64,000 bases of DNA, from positions 832,001 through 896,000 of the forward strand of contig CAVVMW010000004.1 of the NCBI GenBank assembly GCA_963749495.1, in the 5' to 3' direction. This DNA is from an uncultured bacterium. Its GTDB lineage: Bacteria > Verrucomicrobiota > Verrucomicrobiia > Limisphaerales > UBA8199. Positions 1 to 11,315 of this stretch are shown in pieces; position 1 is the first letter of the stretch, and each line of letters begins with the position of its first letter. A program made the translations under genes and the position numbers. The notes under the pieces were generated by a model. The model was not told the DNA's origin, did not search any database, and saw only the letters and a list, made by a program, of their open reading frames with translations.

Positions 1-88
1 CCCTCCGGGATGCAATCCCTTGCGGTCGGGGCACCGGGGGTCTCGCTGCGCTTCGACCCCGGCTACCTTCTGGCATCCCTCCGGGATG
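1..88. repeat. REP-like palindromic element (CATCCCTCCGGGATG family), cut by window edge
   Basis: ccctccgggatgc...gcatccctccgggatg; related inverted copies at 42115-42340. Confidence 0.75.
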
Positions 89-299
89 AGAATTGTGCTT
101 CGGAGATCGTTGACGGCCATAAGATCCGCTCCATCAGGGCACATGAGGATGTGGGTAATGCCAAGGACCGAGGTCCACGGCTACCGTCACTGCGTCGCTC
201 CGCGACGCAGGCCTTGAAGCGGGGACAATCAGCCTTTACTTTCAAAGCGTGGGCACACAGCCGCTCGTGAGAGCGCAAACCGAATTTGAGGAGAAGAAC

Positions 300-1730
300 A
301 TGGCTCAGGCTCATCGCACAAAGGGCAAGGTCCGCGTGGAAAAGGACGCGCTGGGCAAGGTCGAGGTGCCGGCGGAGCACCTGTGGGGCGCCCAGACGGA
401 ACGTTCGCGGCACAACTTCCCGATCGGCGTCGAGCGCTACCGCTGGGGCCGGCCGGTCATCCGCGCCCTGGGCATCCTCAAGAAGTGCGCGGCCCTGGCG
501 AACGGGGAGTTGGGCCAATTGCCGCGCGAGAAGGTCGATCTGATCGTCCGCGCGGCGCAGGAGGTGATTGACGGGAAGCTCGATGGCGAGTTCCCGCTGG
601 TCGTGTTCCAGAGCGGCTCGGGCACGCAGACCAACATGAACGCCAACGAAGTGATAGCCAACCGCGCCATTCAATTGGCCGGCGGGGTCCTGGGGTCCAA
701 GAAGCCGGTTCACCCCAACGACGACGTCAACCACAGCCAGTCGTCCAATGACACGTTCCCCGCCGTAATGCACATCGCCACGGTCGAACAGGTGCAGGAC
801 GCGCTGATGCCGGCCATCCGTGGATTGCGGGACACTCTGGACGCCAAGGCCGGGGCGTTTTCGCGGGTGCTGATGGTGGGCCGGACGCACCTGCAGGACG
901 CCACGCCCTTGACTCTGGGCCAGGTGATCTCGGGCTGGGTGGCGCAACTCGACCAGGCCCTGGATGGGCTGGGCCAGGCACTGCCGGGCGTCTGCGCCCT
1001 GGCTCTCGGCGGCACGGCGGTCGGCACCGGGCTCAACGCCCACCCGCGCTTCGGCGAGGTGGCGGCGCGCCGGATATCGCAGGAGACGGGCAAGCCCTTC
1101 GTCTCGGCGCCCAACAAGTTCGCCGCCCTCTCGGCCCACGATGCGATGGTGGCCGTGAGCGCCGCGCTGCGCACCCTGGCGGGGGCCCTCATGAAGATAG
1201 CCAACGACGTGCGCTGGCATGCCTGCGGACCGCGGGCGGGCCTGGCGGAGTTGAAGCTCCCGGAAAACGAGCCCGGCTCCTCGATCATGCCCGGCAAGAT
1301 CAACCCGACGCAGTGCGAGGCGCTGACCATGGCGGCCGTCCAGGTGTTCGGCAACGACCACGCAGTGGCCTTCGCCGGCTCGCAAGGCAACTTCCAGCTC
1401 AACGTCTATAAGCCGGTCATCCTGCACAACGTCCTGGAGTCGGTCCAACTCCTGGCCGAGGCCGCGCGCTCGTTCAACGAGCGCTGCGCCCAAGGCATCG
1501 AGCCCAACGAAGAACGCATCCGCCAGCACCTGGACAACTCGCTGATGCTGGTGACGGCGCTCAATCCGCACATCGGCTACGAGAAGGCGGCGCAGATCGC
1601 CCTCATGGCCCATCGCGAAGACATCACGCTGCGCGAGGCCGCGCTCAAATTGGGCTTCCTGACCGCCGAGCAGTTCGACCAATGGGTGCGTCCGGAGGAC
1701 ATGACGCATCCGCTCGACCCGGCAGAATGA
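300..1730 (+). CDS. fumC: Class II fumarate hydratase
   Basis: [15 protein letters not shown] signature, [29 protein letters not shown] at 300 after GAGGAG. Confidence 0.95.
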   Translation: MAQAHRTKGKVRVEKDALGKVEVPAEHLWGAQTERSRHNFPIGVERYRWGRPVIRALGILKKCAALANGELGQLPREKVDLIVRAAQEVIDGKLDGEFPLVVFQSGSGTQTNMNANEVIANRAIQLAGGVLGSKKPVHPNDDVNHSQSSNDTFPAVMHIATVEQVQDALMPAIRGLRDTLDAKAGAFSRVLMVGRTHLQDATPLTLGQVISGWVAQLDQALDGLGQALPGVCALALGGTAVGTGLNAHPRFGEVAARRISQETGKPFVSAPNKFAALSAHDAMVAVSAALRTLAGALMKIANDVRWHACGPRAGLAELKLPENEPGSSIMPGKINPTQCEALTMAAVQVFGNDHAVAFAGSQGNFQLNVYKPVILHNVLESVQLLAEAARSFNERCAQGIEPNEERIRQHLDNSLMLVTALNPHIGYEKAAQIALMAHREDITLREAALKLGFLTAEQFDQWVRPEDMTHPLDPAE

Positions 1731-1764
1731 GCCTGAATCGGTGGTTGAATCGCCGTTCTTGGGA

Positions 1765-2592
1765 TCAGACCGGCAGATCACGTTGCCGCCACGCGAGCCC
1801 GCCAACAATGGACGCCACCAGGATGACCATCAGCAACACCGCCATGTCGTGGAGCGGCCATCCGTGGAGGAGCTTCGAGCCGTTGACGTAGTAGAACAAG
1901 GTTGCCGGCCTCAGAAATCGGAGGCGCGGCCACCATTGCGCCACCACCCAGGCGAAATAATCGAGGACCAGAAAAGCAACCGCAGCCCCAACCGCCTGGT
2001 TGCGGCCGGCCAGCACGCCGGCCGCTAAGAGCGCGATCGACCCGGCAGCGCCGGCCACCAAACCGCCATTGACCGCGATGCGCCAGAAAAGGCCCAGGGG
2101 AATGGGTTGGCCGAAGTCGTAGAGGCGGGTCGCCACGACGGTGCCCAGGAACATCACCAGCACCAGGGCGAACATGCCCGAGAGCGTCAGCACCGCAGCG
2201 CAGGCATAGACCTGGGTCCGCGTGGCGGGCCTGCCGAGGATCAGTTCCATTGTTCCCTTTTGCACCTCGCCGGTGAGCAGGGTGGCCGGAGTGCCCACGG
2301 CAAAGAGCATGTAGAGGAACAAGACCAGCGGGTGCTGGTAGCCGATGGCAATCAGGCCCGGCGCGTTGCCCGCTTGCAGAATTTCGCCGCCGAGCGCGGT
2401 TTTGATGAACGACGGCAGCACATCAAGAAACTTGAGGAAAACCTTGACGCTTTCATTGTCGTGGACAATGGCGCAAACCGCGATTTGGAACAGGAAGATG
2501 ACCGAGGCGATGAAACCCCACATCGGCAGCATGCGCGCCCCCCAGAACCGGAGGAGGGCCCACGGGAACGGAACCTGCGCGCGCGGGCCCAT
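1765..2592 (-). CDS. ABC-2 type transporter permease
   Basis: About 6 hydrophobic segments, GEVQKGTMELIL motif, overlaps the ATPase stop. Confidence 0.85.
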   Translation of the reverse strand: MGPRAQVPFPWALLRFWGARMLPMWGFIASVIFLFQIAVCAIVHDNESVKVFLKFLDVLPSFIKTALGGEILQAGNAPGLIAIGYQHPLVLFLYMLFAVGTPATLLTGEVQKGTMELILGRPATRTQVYACAAVLTLSGMFALVLVMFLGTVVATRLYDFGQPIPLGLFWRIAVNGGLVAGAAGSIALLAAGVLAGRNQAVGAAVAFLVLDYFAWVVAQWWPRLRFLRPATLFYYVNGSKLLHGWPLHDMAVLLMVILVASIVGGLAWRQRDLPV

Positions 2593-3536
2593 CAGCGGCC
2601 TCCATCCTCCGCCGATTCGGCGCCGCCTGGCGCCGCGGCAATTGACGGCGGTTTATAGTACTGGATAAAGGCCTCTTCGAGCGAAGTTTGGGGCGTGTCG
2701 AGCCGGTCCACCGGGAACTGGGCCAGCCAGCGGAGGAGGCCTTCACACGCGCCCCGGCAGGCCAGGTGTACCATCCCGGGTTGCTGCTCGATGACACGCA
2801 CGCCCGGCAACTGGCCCGCCGGCACCTGAGGCTGGAGCGTGCCGCCCACGAACCAGGCCCTCAGGCGGTGTTCGCCCTGCTGCACGATTCTGGAGATGGC
2901 CCCCATCTCGACCAGGCGGCCCTCGCGCAGGATGCCGGCGCGGCCGCAAACGGCCCGCACCTCGGCCAGGTCGTGCGAGGAGAGCAACACGGTGGCCCCG
3001 CCTTGCGCGGCTTCGCGGATCAGGTCCAGCACGACCCGGCGGACCAACGGGTCCAGGCCGCCGGTCGGCTCGTCAAGAACGAGCAATTCGGGCTGGTGCT
3101 GAAAGGCATAGATCACCGCGGCCTTTTGCCGGTTGCCCTTGGAGAGCGCGCCCACCCGGCGGTCCAGATCCAGCCCCAGCCGCTCTGCCAACTCTTCCCG
3201 CCGGCGCCCGGGCCGATCGCCGCCGCCCAGCGACCCCAGGACCCGCAATGAGCGGCGGGCCCGAAATCCCGGCCAGAGACGAAACTCCCCCGGCAGATAG
3301 CCGATCCGCGCGTGCTGCGTGCCCTGGCCGGGCACGACCGGCTGCCCCCAAACCCACACGCCGCCCCGGCTGGCCTTGAGCAAACCCATGATGCAGCGCA
3401 GCGTCGTCGTCTTGCCGGCCCCATTGGGTCCCAGGTAGCCGAAGATCTCCCCTGGCTCCAGGGCAAAACTCACCTCCTCGACCCCGCAAACCGGGCCGTA
3501 CCATTTTGTGAGCGATCGCGCTTCCAGAGTGGCCAT
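2592..3536 (-). CDS. ABC transporter ATP-binding protein
   Basis: Walker A GPNGAGKTT, signature LSKGNRQK, Walker B LVLDEP, SSH switch. Confidence 0.95.
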   Translation of the reverse strand: MATLEARSLTKWYGPVCGVEEVSFALEPGEIFGYLGPNGAGKTTTLRCIMGLLKASRGGVWVWGQPVVPGQGTQHARIGYLPGEFRLWPGFRARRSLRVLGSLGGGDRPGRRREELAERLGLDLDRRVGALSKGNRQKAAVIYAFQHQPELLVLDEPTGGLDPLVRRVVLDLIREAAQGGATVLLSSHDLAEVRAVCGRAGILREGRLVEMGAISRIVQQGEHRLRAWFVGGTLQPQVPAGQLPGVRVIEQQPGMVHLACRGACEGLLRWLAQFPVDRLDTPQTSLEEAFIQYYKPPSIAAAPGGAESAEDGGR

Positions 3537-3560
3537 AGATTAAGAGGTGGTTGCAGATTC

Positions 3561-3636
3561 AACCGCAGAGAACGCAAAGATCGCAGAGAAACGCCTTGAT
3601 TCAGGCCTCTTTGTGTTCTCTGCGTTCTTTGCGGTT
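3561..3636. repeat. Palindromic intergenic element (AACCGC/AACCAC...GCGGTT/GTGGTT type with internal 9-mer repeats)
   Basis: aaccgcagagaacgcaaaga...tctctgcgttctttgcggtt; same architecture at 7236-7363, 30330-30393, 34620-34686. Confidence 0.75.
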
Positions 3637-3763
3637 AATTTCGCCACTGTCTCTCAGTGATTGGACGAGCAAGTCCGGCAGCAAAATTGGCAGCCGGCCG
3701 CGCCAAAGCAAGTTACTTTTCCGCCCTCGACACTCGGCCCTCGATCCCTGACACTGCACCCTC

Positions 3764-4915
3764 ATGACGACCCGGCAACTCCAAACCCTGGCGCGGACGC
3801 ACGGCACACCGCTGGTGGTTATCGACCACGAGATTCTGCGGGAGAATTTCGCCGCCTTCAAACGGCACCTGCCCAAGGTCCAGGGCTATTACGCCGTCAA
3901 GGCCAACCCGGAGCCGGCGATTATCCGCACGCTGTACCGGAACGGGGCGAGCTTCGACGTCGCCTCGCTGCCGGAGTTCATGCTCGTCTATGAGAACATC
4001 AAGCACCTGCCGCCCAAGGAGCAGCAGGACTTCATTTGGGACAAGATCATTTACGCCAACCCGACCAAGCCCAAGGAGACGCTCCAGGCGCTGGACCAAT
4101 ACAAGCCGCTGGTCACGTTCGACAACCTGGCCGAACTGAAGAAGATCCAGCAGTTCGCCCCCCATGCCGGCGTGGTGCTGCGCCTGCGCGTGCCCAACAC
4201 CGGCTCGATGGTCGAGCTGTCCTCCAAATTCGGCTGCGACCCGGGCGAGGCGGTGGACCTCATCCGGACCGCCTTCGGCCTCGGCCTGGTGGTCGAGGGC
4301 CTCAGCTTCCATGTCGGCAGCCAGTGCACCAATTTCGAAAACTTCGTCCAGGCCATGGACATCTCCGCCGCCGTCATGAAGGAGTCCAAGTCGCGCGGCC
4401 ACGCGATCAAGATCCTCGACATCGGCGGGGGCTTTCCCGCCCCGTACAACAAGCACGTCAAGCCGTTCAGCGCCCTGGCCAGGAAAATCAACGCCGAAAT
4501 CGACCGCCTCTTTCCCAAGGACATCCAGATCCTGGCCGAGCCGGGACGCTGCCTCGTCGCCACCGCCGCCACCTCGGTCGCCCGCATCATCGGCAAGGCG
4601 GTGCGCGACGGCAAGACCTGTTATTACATCGATGACAGCGTCTATCACACCTTCAGCGGCATCATCTTCGATCACTGCCAATACCACCTCAAGAGCTTCC
4701 GCAAAGGCAAAACAGAGATCTGCGCTGTCTTCGGCCAGACCTGCGACGCCCTGGACACGATCTCCCTCTCCGAGGACCTGCCCGACCTGGAGATCGACGA
4801 CCTCCTCTATGCCGGGAACATCGGCGCCTATAGCAACGCCTCGGCCACCTGGTTCAACGGCTTCCCCCCCGCAAAAGTCGTGCATGTCAATGAAGCGCAG
4901 CGGAGCACTGGATAG
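3764..4915 (+). CDS. Fold-type III PLP-dependent ornithine/lysine decarboxylase
   Basis: YYAVKAN PLP-lysine motif, FDVAS, FHVGSQ, DIGGGF, EPGR, GQTCDALD, GAY. Confidence 0.92.
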   Translation: MTTRQLQTLARTHGTPLVVIDHEILRENFAAFKRHLPKVQGYYAVKANPEPAIIRTLYRNGASFDVASLPEFMLVYENIKHLPPKEQQDFIWDKIIYANPTKPKETLQALDQYKPLVTFDNLAELKKIQQFAPHAGVVLRLRVPNTGSMVELSSKFGCDPGEAVDLIRTAFGLGLVVEGLSFHVGSQCTNFENFVQAMDISAAVMKESKSRGHAIKILDIGGGFPAPYNKHVKPFSALARKINAEIDRLFPKDIQILAEPGRCLVATAATSVARIIGKAVRDGKTCYYIDDSVYHTFSGIIFDHCQYHLKSFRKGKTEICAVFGQTCDALDTISLSEDLPDLEIDDLLYAGNIGAYSNASATWFNGFPPAKVVHVNEAQRSTG

Positions 4916-4917
4916 CG

Positions 4918-5078
4918 GGGCGCAATCGGACACTGCCCCCGGAGCGCGGGCTTTAGCCCGCTTTGCCCGGACCTCGACGTCTTTGCTGGGCCTATTGAAC
5001 ATTGGGCATCCAAAGCGGACTAAAGTCCGCGCTCCGGCCATTCGGTGGTGCTGACGGGGGCAGTGTCCGATTGCGCCC
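4918..5078. repeat. Nested palindrome: 22-bp perfect outer inverted repeat (IR) around a GGAGCGCGG...CCGCGCTCC core
   Basis: gggcgcaatcggacactgcccc (4918-4939) / ggggcagtgtccgattgcgccc (5057-5078). Confidence 0.85.
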
Positions 5079-5180
5079 TGGGTAGCGGCCGCCAGGCGAG
5101 CGCGGAGGGGCAATAGGGCGCCGAGACTTGCGGGCGGGCGCATCCCGAAACTGCCCCGATCGAGCGGGGCGCAAGGGCTT

Positions 5181-5298
5181 GTAGCGCAGGTTTCCAAACC
5201 TGCTGTATCGCCGACTTCCAAGTCGGCAGGGCGCAGGAAATCGGACGGTCTGCGGGTTTGGAAACCCGCGATACAGCAGACTTGGAAGTCTGCGCTAC
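5181..5298. repeat. Palindromic element GTAGCGCAG...CTGCGCTAC
   Basis: Closely similar inverted copy at 51482-51598. Confidence 0.85.
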
Positions 5299-5360
5299 GG
5301 GGACAGTGCCACGATGCGCCCACTCGAGGCCTGGAGGCTCGTCCGAGGAACGCTGGCGGA

Positions 5361-5436
5361 TGGTGGAGCCGACGTGATTCGAACACGCGACCTTCTCGTT
5401 GCGAACGAGACGCTCTGCCAACTGAGCTACGACCCC
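5361..5436 (-). tRNA. tRNA-Ala(CGC)
   Basis: Reverse complement GGGGTCGTAGCTCAGTTGGCAGAGCG-TCTCG-TT-CGC-AA-CGAGA...GTTCGAATC...CTCCACCA; 76 nt, G3-U70 alanine identity pair, encoded CCA. Confidence 0.96.
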
Positions 5437-5945
5437 ATCCAGCTTATTTACAATCACTTACGACGATTTTCAACAGAGCACTAAAGGCTTGGCACGCCCT
5501 AAGCTTTTCCCATGTCTGAAATCCGGAAAAGCACGTGGCGACGCCAAGATCCCAAATGTTCCATGCCGGTATCGTCATGAACTCAACGGCACGTAATATG
5601 GAATAAAAAAGACGGGACGCAAGCGCAAAGAACACAGCCCTGGGACAACCGACCGCAAACTCGCAGAACTGGCAGCATGACGGGAGACGCAACTGTCGAA
5701 CGTTTAGATCCGACCCCACTGCCTCGACCACATTACCGCCCTTTTTCATGGACAAGCTGGCCTATGGGCAGAGCAACCGGCCAATCAACGGTTTGTCAGT
5801 GCGTCAGTGCGTCGCTGGCATGGGCGCGCCCGTCATCTCGGATGGAGGGGCTTCTGCCGTCTCCTGCCAGACGGCGGCATGAAACTCCTCCTCGGCACGT
5901 TTATGAGCTTGCGTCCCAAACGATGGTTGCCGAGGATGCGCGTCC

Positions 5946-6953
5946 ATGAACTCGATATCACGCAGGACCTTCATTGGAACCACCGCCGGAGCCATGAGCA
6001 CAGGTTCCCTCGCCTCGCTCGGGATGACCGCGCTCACCTCAACTGCCGCCGGGGCTGCGGCCTCGCCGGAGCCGAAGAAACCAAAGGACATCCGCGTAGG
6101 CATGCTGACGGCGCCGCTGCGCAACCTGCCATTTGAGGAAGTCCTCGACATGGCCAGGCGCTGCAATATTGCCGCGCTGGAGGTCGTGACCGAGCCCGGG
6201 CACCCGCACATTGACCCAATGACGCTGGGCCAGGCGCAAGTGGAGGCCATCAAACAGAAGTTGGGCGAGCGCGGGCTTGAAATCAGCAGCCTATCCAACT
6301 TCATGAACATCAACGCTCCGGGAAAAGCCGGAGAAGCACAACAGGCCATGATTAAGACGGTTGACGCTGCTGTCCTGCTGGGCGTGCCGACGGTCTGTAT
6401 GAACCTCGGGACACCAGTTCAAGGGATGAGCAAGATTGACACGATCAAGAAAGTGATTCCCGGACTCTTTCGCCCCATACTCGACCATGCCAAGGAGAAA
6501 GGGATCAACGTGGCCATTGAGAACTGGTTTGAGACCAACCTTCAGGGTCTGGACACGTTTGATTGCCTGATGGAGACCATCCCCGACGAGCACTTCGGCT
6601 TCAACTACGACCCCTCCCACCTGGTGCATCAGCAGTGCGACTACACCGTGCCCATCAAGAGGTTCGGCAAGAGAATTTTCCACACTCACGCGAAGGACTG
6701 CCTGGTGGACGAGCAGCAGCGGGCCTACGTGGGCGTGCTGGGGGGCAAATGGTATGTGGGCGTGCCGGGGGGCGGTTGGTGGCGGTATGTCATCCCCGGC
6801 TTTGGCGACATCAAGTGGGGTCAATACATCGGCCATTTGCGTGAGGTTGGCTACAAAGGCGTGCTCAGCATCGAGCACGAAGACAGCACCTTCGGCCCGG
6901 AGGAAGGCTTCCGGCATGGAGCGCATTATCTGAATCAGTTCTGCAATGCGTAG
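5946..6953 (+). CDS. Tat-exported sugar-phosphate isomerase/epimerase (xylose isomerase-like TIM barrel)
   Basis: SRRTFI Tat motif; IENW, YDPSH, HTHAKD, SIEHED metal-binding motifs. Confidence 0.88.
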   Translation: MNSISRRTFIGTTAGAMSTGSLASLGMTALTSTAAGAAASPEPKKPKDIRVGMLTAPLRNLPFEEVLDMARRCNIAALEVVTEPGHPHIDPMTLGQAQVEAIKQKLGERGLEISSLSNFMNINAPGKAGEAQQAMIKTVDAAVLLGVPTVCMNLGTPVQGMSKIDTIKKVIPGLFRPILDHAKEKGINVAIENWFETNLQGLDTFDCLMETIPDEHFGFNYDPSHLVHQQCDYTVPIKRFGKRIFHTHAKDCLVDEQQRAYVGVLGGKWYVGVPGGGWWRYVIPGFGDIKWGQYIGHLREVGYKGVLSIEHEDSTFGPEEGFRHGAHYLNQFCNA

Positions 6954-7098
6954 ATTGAACGAGGCGGCGGGCCGAGGCAGAACGCACGCTCTGTCAGCCA
7001 GCAATCCTGGGAAATCATCAATCGAATCAAGGGTTGGGTGAGAAAGTCCGCTGGTGTCCGGATGGGTCCAAAAGGGGGAAAAATGCCCTATTATTCTC

Positions 7099-7140
7099 GC
7101 GAACGAGACGCTCTGCCAACTGAGCTACGACCCCATCCAG
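7099..7140 (-). repeat. 42-bp direct repeat of 5401-5442 (5' half of tRNA-Ala plus 6 upstream nt); att-like
   Basis: gcgaacgagacgctctgccaactgagctacgaccccatccag identical at both sites. Confidence 0.9.
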
Positions 7141-7235
7141 TGTGTTTGCAGCCGCTCGCGACGATCTCAATAACCTGGTGTTGATCTGCGCCATCGCGGC
7201 CAGCCTGACCCGGAGGGTGTGACTGAGAACGGCGG

Positions 7236-7363
7236 TTCAACCACGGATGAACACGGATGAACACGGATTTGCAGAAGACACGGAACAAGCCGCCTTCACC
7301 CATGGGGCGAACCTTGCCGGGCATTTCCATATCCGTGTTTATCCGTGTCCATCCGTGGTTGAA
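7236..7363. repeat. Palindromic element with CACGGATGA-type 9-mer repeats
   Basis: ttcaaccacggatgaacacggatgaacacggat...atccgtgtttatccgtgtccatccgtggttgaa. Confidence 0.85.
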
Positions 7364-7407
7364 AAAGCTGGACCGCCGGATTGAGGCTGAACGGCCGGCC
7401 CCCCGCA

Positions 7408-8680
7408 TCAGAATTGGTATTTCAAGTTCACGCTGGCCACGTTCACCATGTATTCATCGCTCGGGAGGCTGGACAGGCGCCGGTACCAACGATAGCCCAA
7501 CTGGGCAGTGAGCTTGCGCGTAATCGGCCGGCTCACGTCCATTCTGATCCCGAACCAGTCGTAGGTTTCAGACCCGTATGCAACGTCGGTCCCGTGCTGA
7601 TAGGCCAACCAGGTGAACAGAGTGATCTTGCGCAGGAGCTGCCAGTTGGCGCCCGCCGCCAAATCGTAGTATCCCAAAGGCCCGGAATAGGAGTTGAACG
7701 TCAGGGCCCGGCTGGCCCGGACCCAGTATTCCAGGTAGCTGTTGGCCCGATGCTTGAGCGTGAGGTTGGCGTAAGGGCCCTCCAGCCGCCCGCCCAACGA
7801 CGTCCCCGAGCCAGGTTCGAACACGGTGTAGCCGGCCCCGGCCTCCAGGCGCAGTCGCTGGCTCAGTTGGACCTCGGTGAAAGGGCCCACGCTCCACTGC
7901 GTCCCCTGGCTCTGGATTGCGCTTGTCAAACCGTTCGTGTGCCAGGAGTAGGAGACCAAATCGGCGCTGCTCTCCAGCCCCACCCGCGCGCTGGGGAGCA
8001 CGGCATAACTGCCCGCAAGACTCAGCAGCTCCCGACTGCGAGCTGTCGATCATCAGGTTGCCCGTCAGAGACTCCCAGGTCTCCAGGTCGAAGCCGCCTC
8101 TGGCCATCACCCGGCCCAGGTCCCACGTGACGCCCACCCCCGCCGTATTCTCCAGGATCTGGTAATCTCCCGTGCCGGAAAAGCTCGGGTCCTGAAAGGC
8201 ATTGTCCGTGATCGAGAAGCGGTCGTGCAGGTTAATCCAGAAGTCCCCGCTGTATATGTCGAACGACGTCTCCGAACCTGGCACCAGGTAGAACCGGTCC
8301 AGGTCCGAATGCCGGGCGTAGGCCGAATAGCCCGCCCCTAAGGTGAGGCTCAGGTTGTTGAGTTCCGACACGCGCCAGAGCACATGCGAGGCGATCTCCG
8401 GCCGGACGATCACATCGGCTTCAGGGTTGTTGGGCGAATAAGTGATATTGTCGCTGAAAACCACCGCCGTGTCCGCCTCGAAGTTCGCGCCCAGCGGTCC
8501 CATCTTCACATTGTAGTAGCCCAGGGTCGAGGCCGCCTTCTTGCGATCTTCGGCCGCCTGGGCGCCGGCCATGGATTGGCGCAGGGCCTCCTGGGCGTGG
8601 AGCCGCGGCCCGGCCAGCGCCAGCGCCAGGCCGACCCAGCCCAGGACCCGCCGGCAGTTCACCCTCCTGCGCGATGTCAC
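7408..8680 (-). CDS. Outer-membrane beta-barrel protein (BBP2-like); frameshift near 8010
   Basis: Signal peptide, amphipathic beta strands, C-terminal LKYQF; split over ORFs 7568..8866 and 7408..8001. Confidence 0.75.
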
Positions 8681-8895
8681 CCGCCCCTCTCGGGAGCAGG
8701 CCGCAGGGGCTGACTTTGCCCCCCAGGCAATTCCCCGGGCCTTCTGCGCTGTCTCAGGGGCATAATCAACCCCCGCTTCATTCTGGCACCGCGACATCCG
8801 CAAAATCCTAGACGAGCCGATCCGCTTTGGGAAGCAGATTCGCCGGGGGAAACCAGTTGCTCCCACAAGCGCGATGGGTTATCGGTTCCCCCGGC

Positions 8896-11246
8896 ATGGC
8901 CACCGAGACGAAGCGAGCCGGGGAGACACCAGCGGAATTTGCGCCGCATGTTGCGGCGGAGACGGTGATGCGGGAGTTGAGCTTGCGGGCCATCGTGGCG
9001 GGGGCGCTGCTGGGCGTGGTGTTCGGGGCCTCTTCGCTTTACCTGGTGCTCAAGGTGGGGCTGACGGTCAGCGCCTCGATCCCGGTGGCCGTGATCTCGG
9101 TGACACTGTTCCGGCTGTGGGCCGGGGTAGGCGGGCGCGACGCCACTATTCTTGAGAACAACATCGTCCAGACAGCCGGTTCGGCGGGCGAGTCGATCGC
9201 CTTTGGCCTGGGCGTGACGATGCCGGCGATCCTGATCCTCGGATTCGACCTGGAGATCCGCCGTGTGATGCTGGTGGGGCTGCTGGGCAGCCTGCTGGGG
9301 ATACTGATGATGATTCCGCTGCGGCGGGCGCTGATTGTCGCCCAGCACGGCCAACTCAAGTACCCCGAGGGCACGGCCTGCGCCCAGGTGCTCAAGGCCG
9401 GCGCGGCCGCCGGGCCGTCCACAGGCGCCCCGGCCATCAATGCCTCGACCATCTTCGCCGGGTTCGGCATCGGCCTGGGCTACAAGGCCCTGATGTCGGC
9501 GTTGAGGCTCTGGAAGGACATCCCGGAAAAGGTCTTCGGACCGCCCTTGAGGGCGGGGTCCATTGCGTGCGAGATCACACCGGAGTTGCTCGGCGTGGGC
9601 TACATCATCGGCCCGCGCATCGGCTCGATCATGATGGCCGGAGGCGTGCTGAGTTGCCTGGTGCTGGTGCCGCTGATTGCGTTTTTTGGCGAGGGCTTGA
9701 GCGGCGTGCTGGCGCCGGGCAGCAAGCCCATTCGCCAGATGACCCCGGAGGACATTCGCAGCGAGTATGTCCTCTACATCGGGGCCGGGGCGGTGGCGGC
9801 CGGTGGCATCATCAGCCTGGTGCGCTCGCTGCCGATCATCCTGCACAGCATCCGCTCGGGCCTCCGGGATCTTCGGCCCCGGTCCCCGAATGGCCGGACA
9901 TCGGACGGTCGAGGGTCGACGGTCGAGGGAGCGAGGCGCTGCCCACCGACCCTCGGGAACCGGCCCTCGCGTCCCGATGCTCCTGAATCGGAATCCAATG
10001 CGGCGGGGGCCCGGGCGGCGGTGCGCCGGACGGAGCGGGACTTGCCGATGGGCCTTGTGGCCGGGGGCATCGGGGCGCTCCTGGTGGCCATCCTGGCCGC
10101 GCCCGCGCTCCACATGAACCTGCTGGGCGCCAGCCTCATCGTCCTGTTCGGTTTCCTTTTTGTCACCGTCTCCTCGCGGGTCACCGGCGAGATCGGGTCG
10201 TCTTCGAACCCGATCTCGGGGATGACGGTGGCGACGTTGCTGCTGACGTGCCTGTGCTTCCTGTTGGCGGGCTGGACGGGCGCGGGTTACTACGTGACGG
10301 CCTTGTCGGTGGGCGGAATCGTGTGTGTGGCGGCGTCGAACGCGGGGGCAACGTTGCAGGACCTCAAGACCGGCTTCCTGGTCGGGGCCACGCCGCGCCA
10401 TCAGCAGGTCTCGATCCTCATCGGCGCCACCGCCAGCGCGCTGCTGCTGGGGCCGATCCTGCTGCTGCTCAACGACACGGCGACGGTCTATGTGCCGGCG
10501 GCGCAAGTGGCCCCGGGGCTGCGCGCCGCGGCCGGGGCGAGGCTGGGCCCGCCCGAGAAATTGCGCGGGCCGCAGGCGCGCTCGGATGCCGGCGCGTATC
10601 GCTCCTGGCAAAAGGCGGACACGACCGGCGGGCCGCCGGGCAAGTACCTCGTGAACCAGTCCGGGGCGGCGCGCTGGCTGGTGGACCCGGGCATCAACGG
10701 CGCTTTCAAGACGCGGCCCGATGGCACCGAGGTGAGGAAGTTCGACGCGCCCAAGGCGACGCTCATGAGTTACATCATCAAGGGGATGCTCGATCGCAAG
10801 CTGCCCTGGGGGCTGGTGCTCTTTGGTGTGATGATCGCGGTGGTGCTCGAGCTGAGCGGTGTCTCGTCCCTCGCCTTCGCCGTGGGCGTTTACCTGCCGA
10901 TCTCCTCCTCGGCCCCGATCTTTGTCGGCGGCCTGGTGCGCTGGCTGGTGGACAGCCGGATGCGGCGGCAGTTTCGACTGCGCAACCTCAACCTGAACGA
11001 GGCGCAGTTGGCGGCGCAGAGCGACCAGACCCCGGCGTGCTGCTGGCCAGCGGCTACATCGCCGGCGGCGCCATGGGCGGCATCCTCATCGCCCTGATGA
11101 CGGGCGCGCTGGGGCGCGTGGATTTTGCGCTCACCCAGTGGGCGGAGGGGCACAACCCGTTTTTCGCCGGACCCAACTCGGACTGGCTGGCGCTGCTGCC
11201 GTTCGCGGCGTTGGTGGGTTGGCTGTATTGGAAGGCTAAAGGCTAA
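8896..11246 (+). CDS. OPT-family oligopeptide transporter; frameshift near 11030
   Basis: [39 protein letters not shown] motifs; C-terminus [11 protein letters not shown] in ORF 10248..11246. Confidence 0.88.
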
Positions 11247-11262
11247 AGGCTAAAGGCTAAAG
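11232..11262 (+). repeat. (AAGGCTA)n heptamer tract, paired with inverted tract at 11621-11652
   Basis: aaggctaaaggctaaaggctaaaggctaaag / cctttagcctttagcctttagcctttagcctt. Confidence 0.9.
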
Positions 11263-11315
11263 TACAGAGGCCGGTGGTGAGTGGCTTCGCGTCAACGCTC
11301 TCGGCCCGGGTGGAA

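Noticed and set aside
63..5386. Long antisense ORFs (63..1808, 3713..5386) and similar ones elsewhere (8677..10611, 15109..17268, 48777..50444, 52530..54092)
   Set aside because: Shadow ORFs of GC-rich real genes, or readthrough of palindromic repeats; no protein motifs.
7099..7140. Second tRNA-Ala gene
   Set aside because: Only the 5' half is present; no T-arm or acceptor 3' strand.
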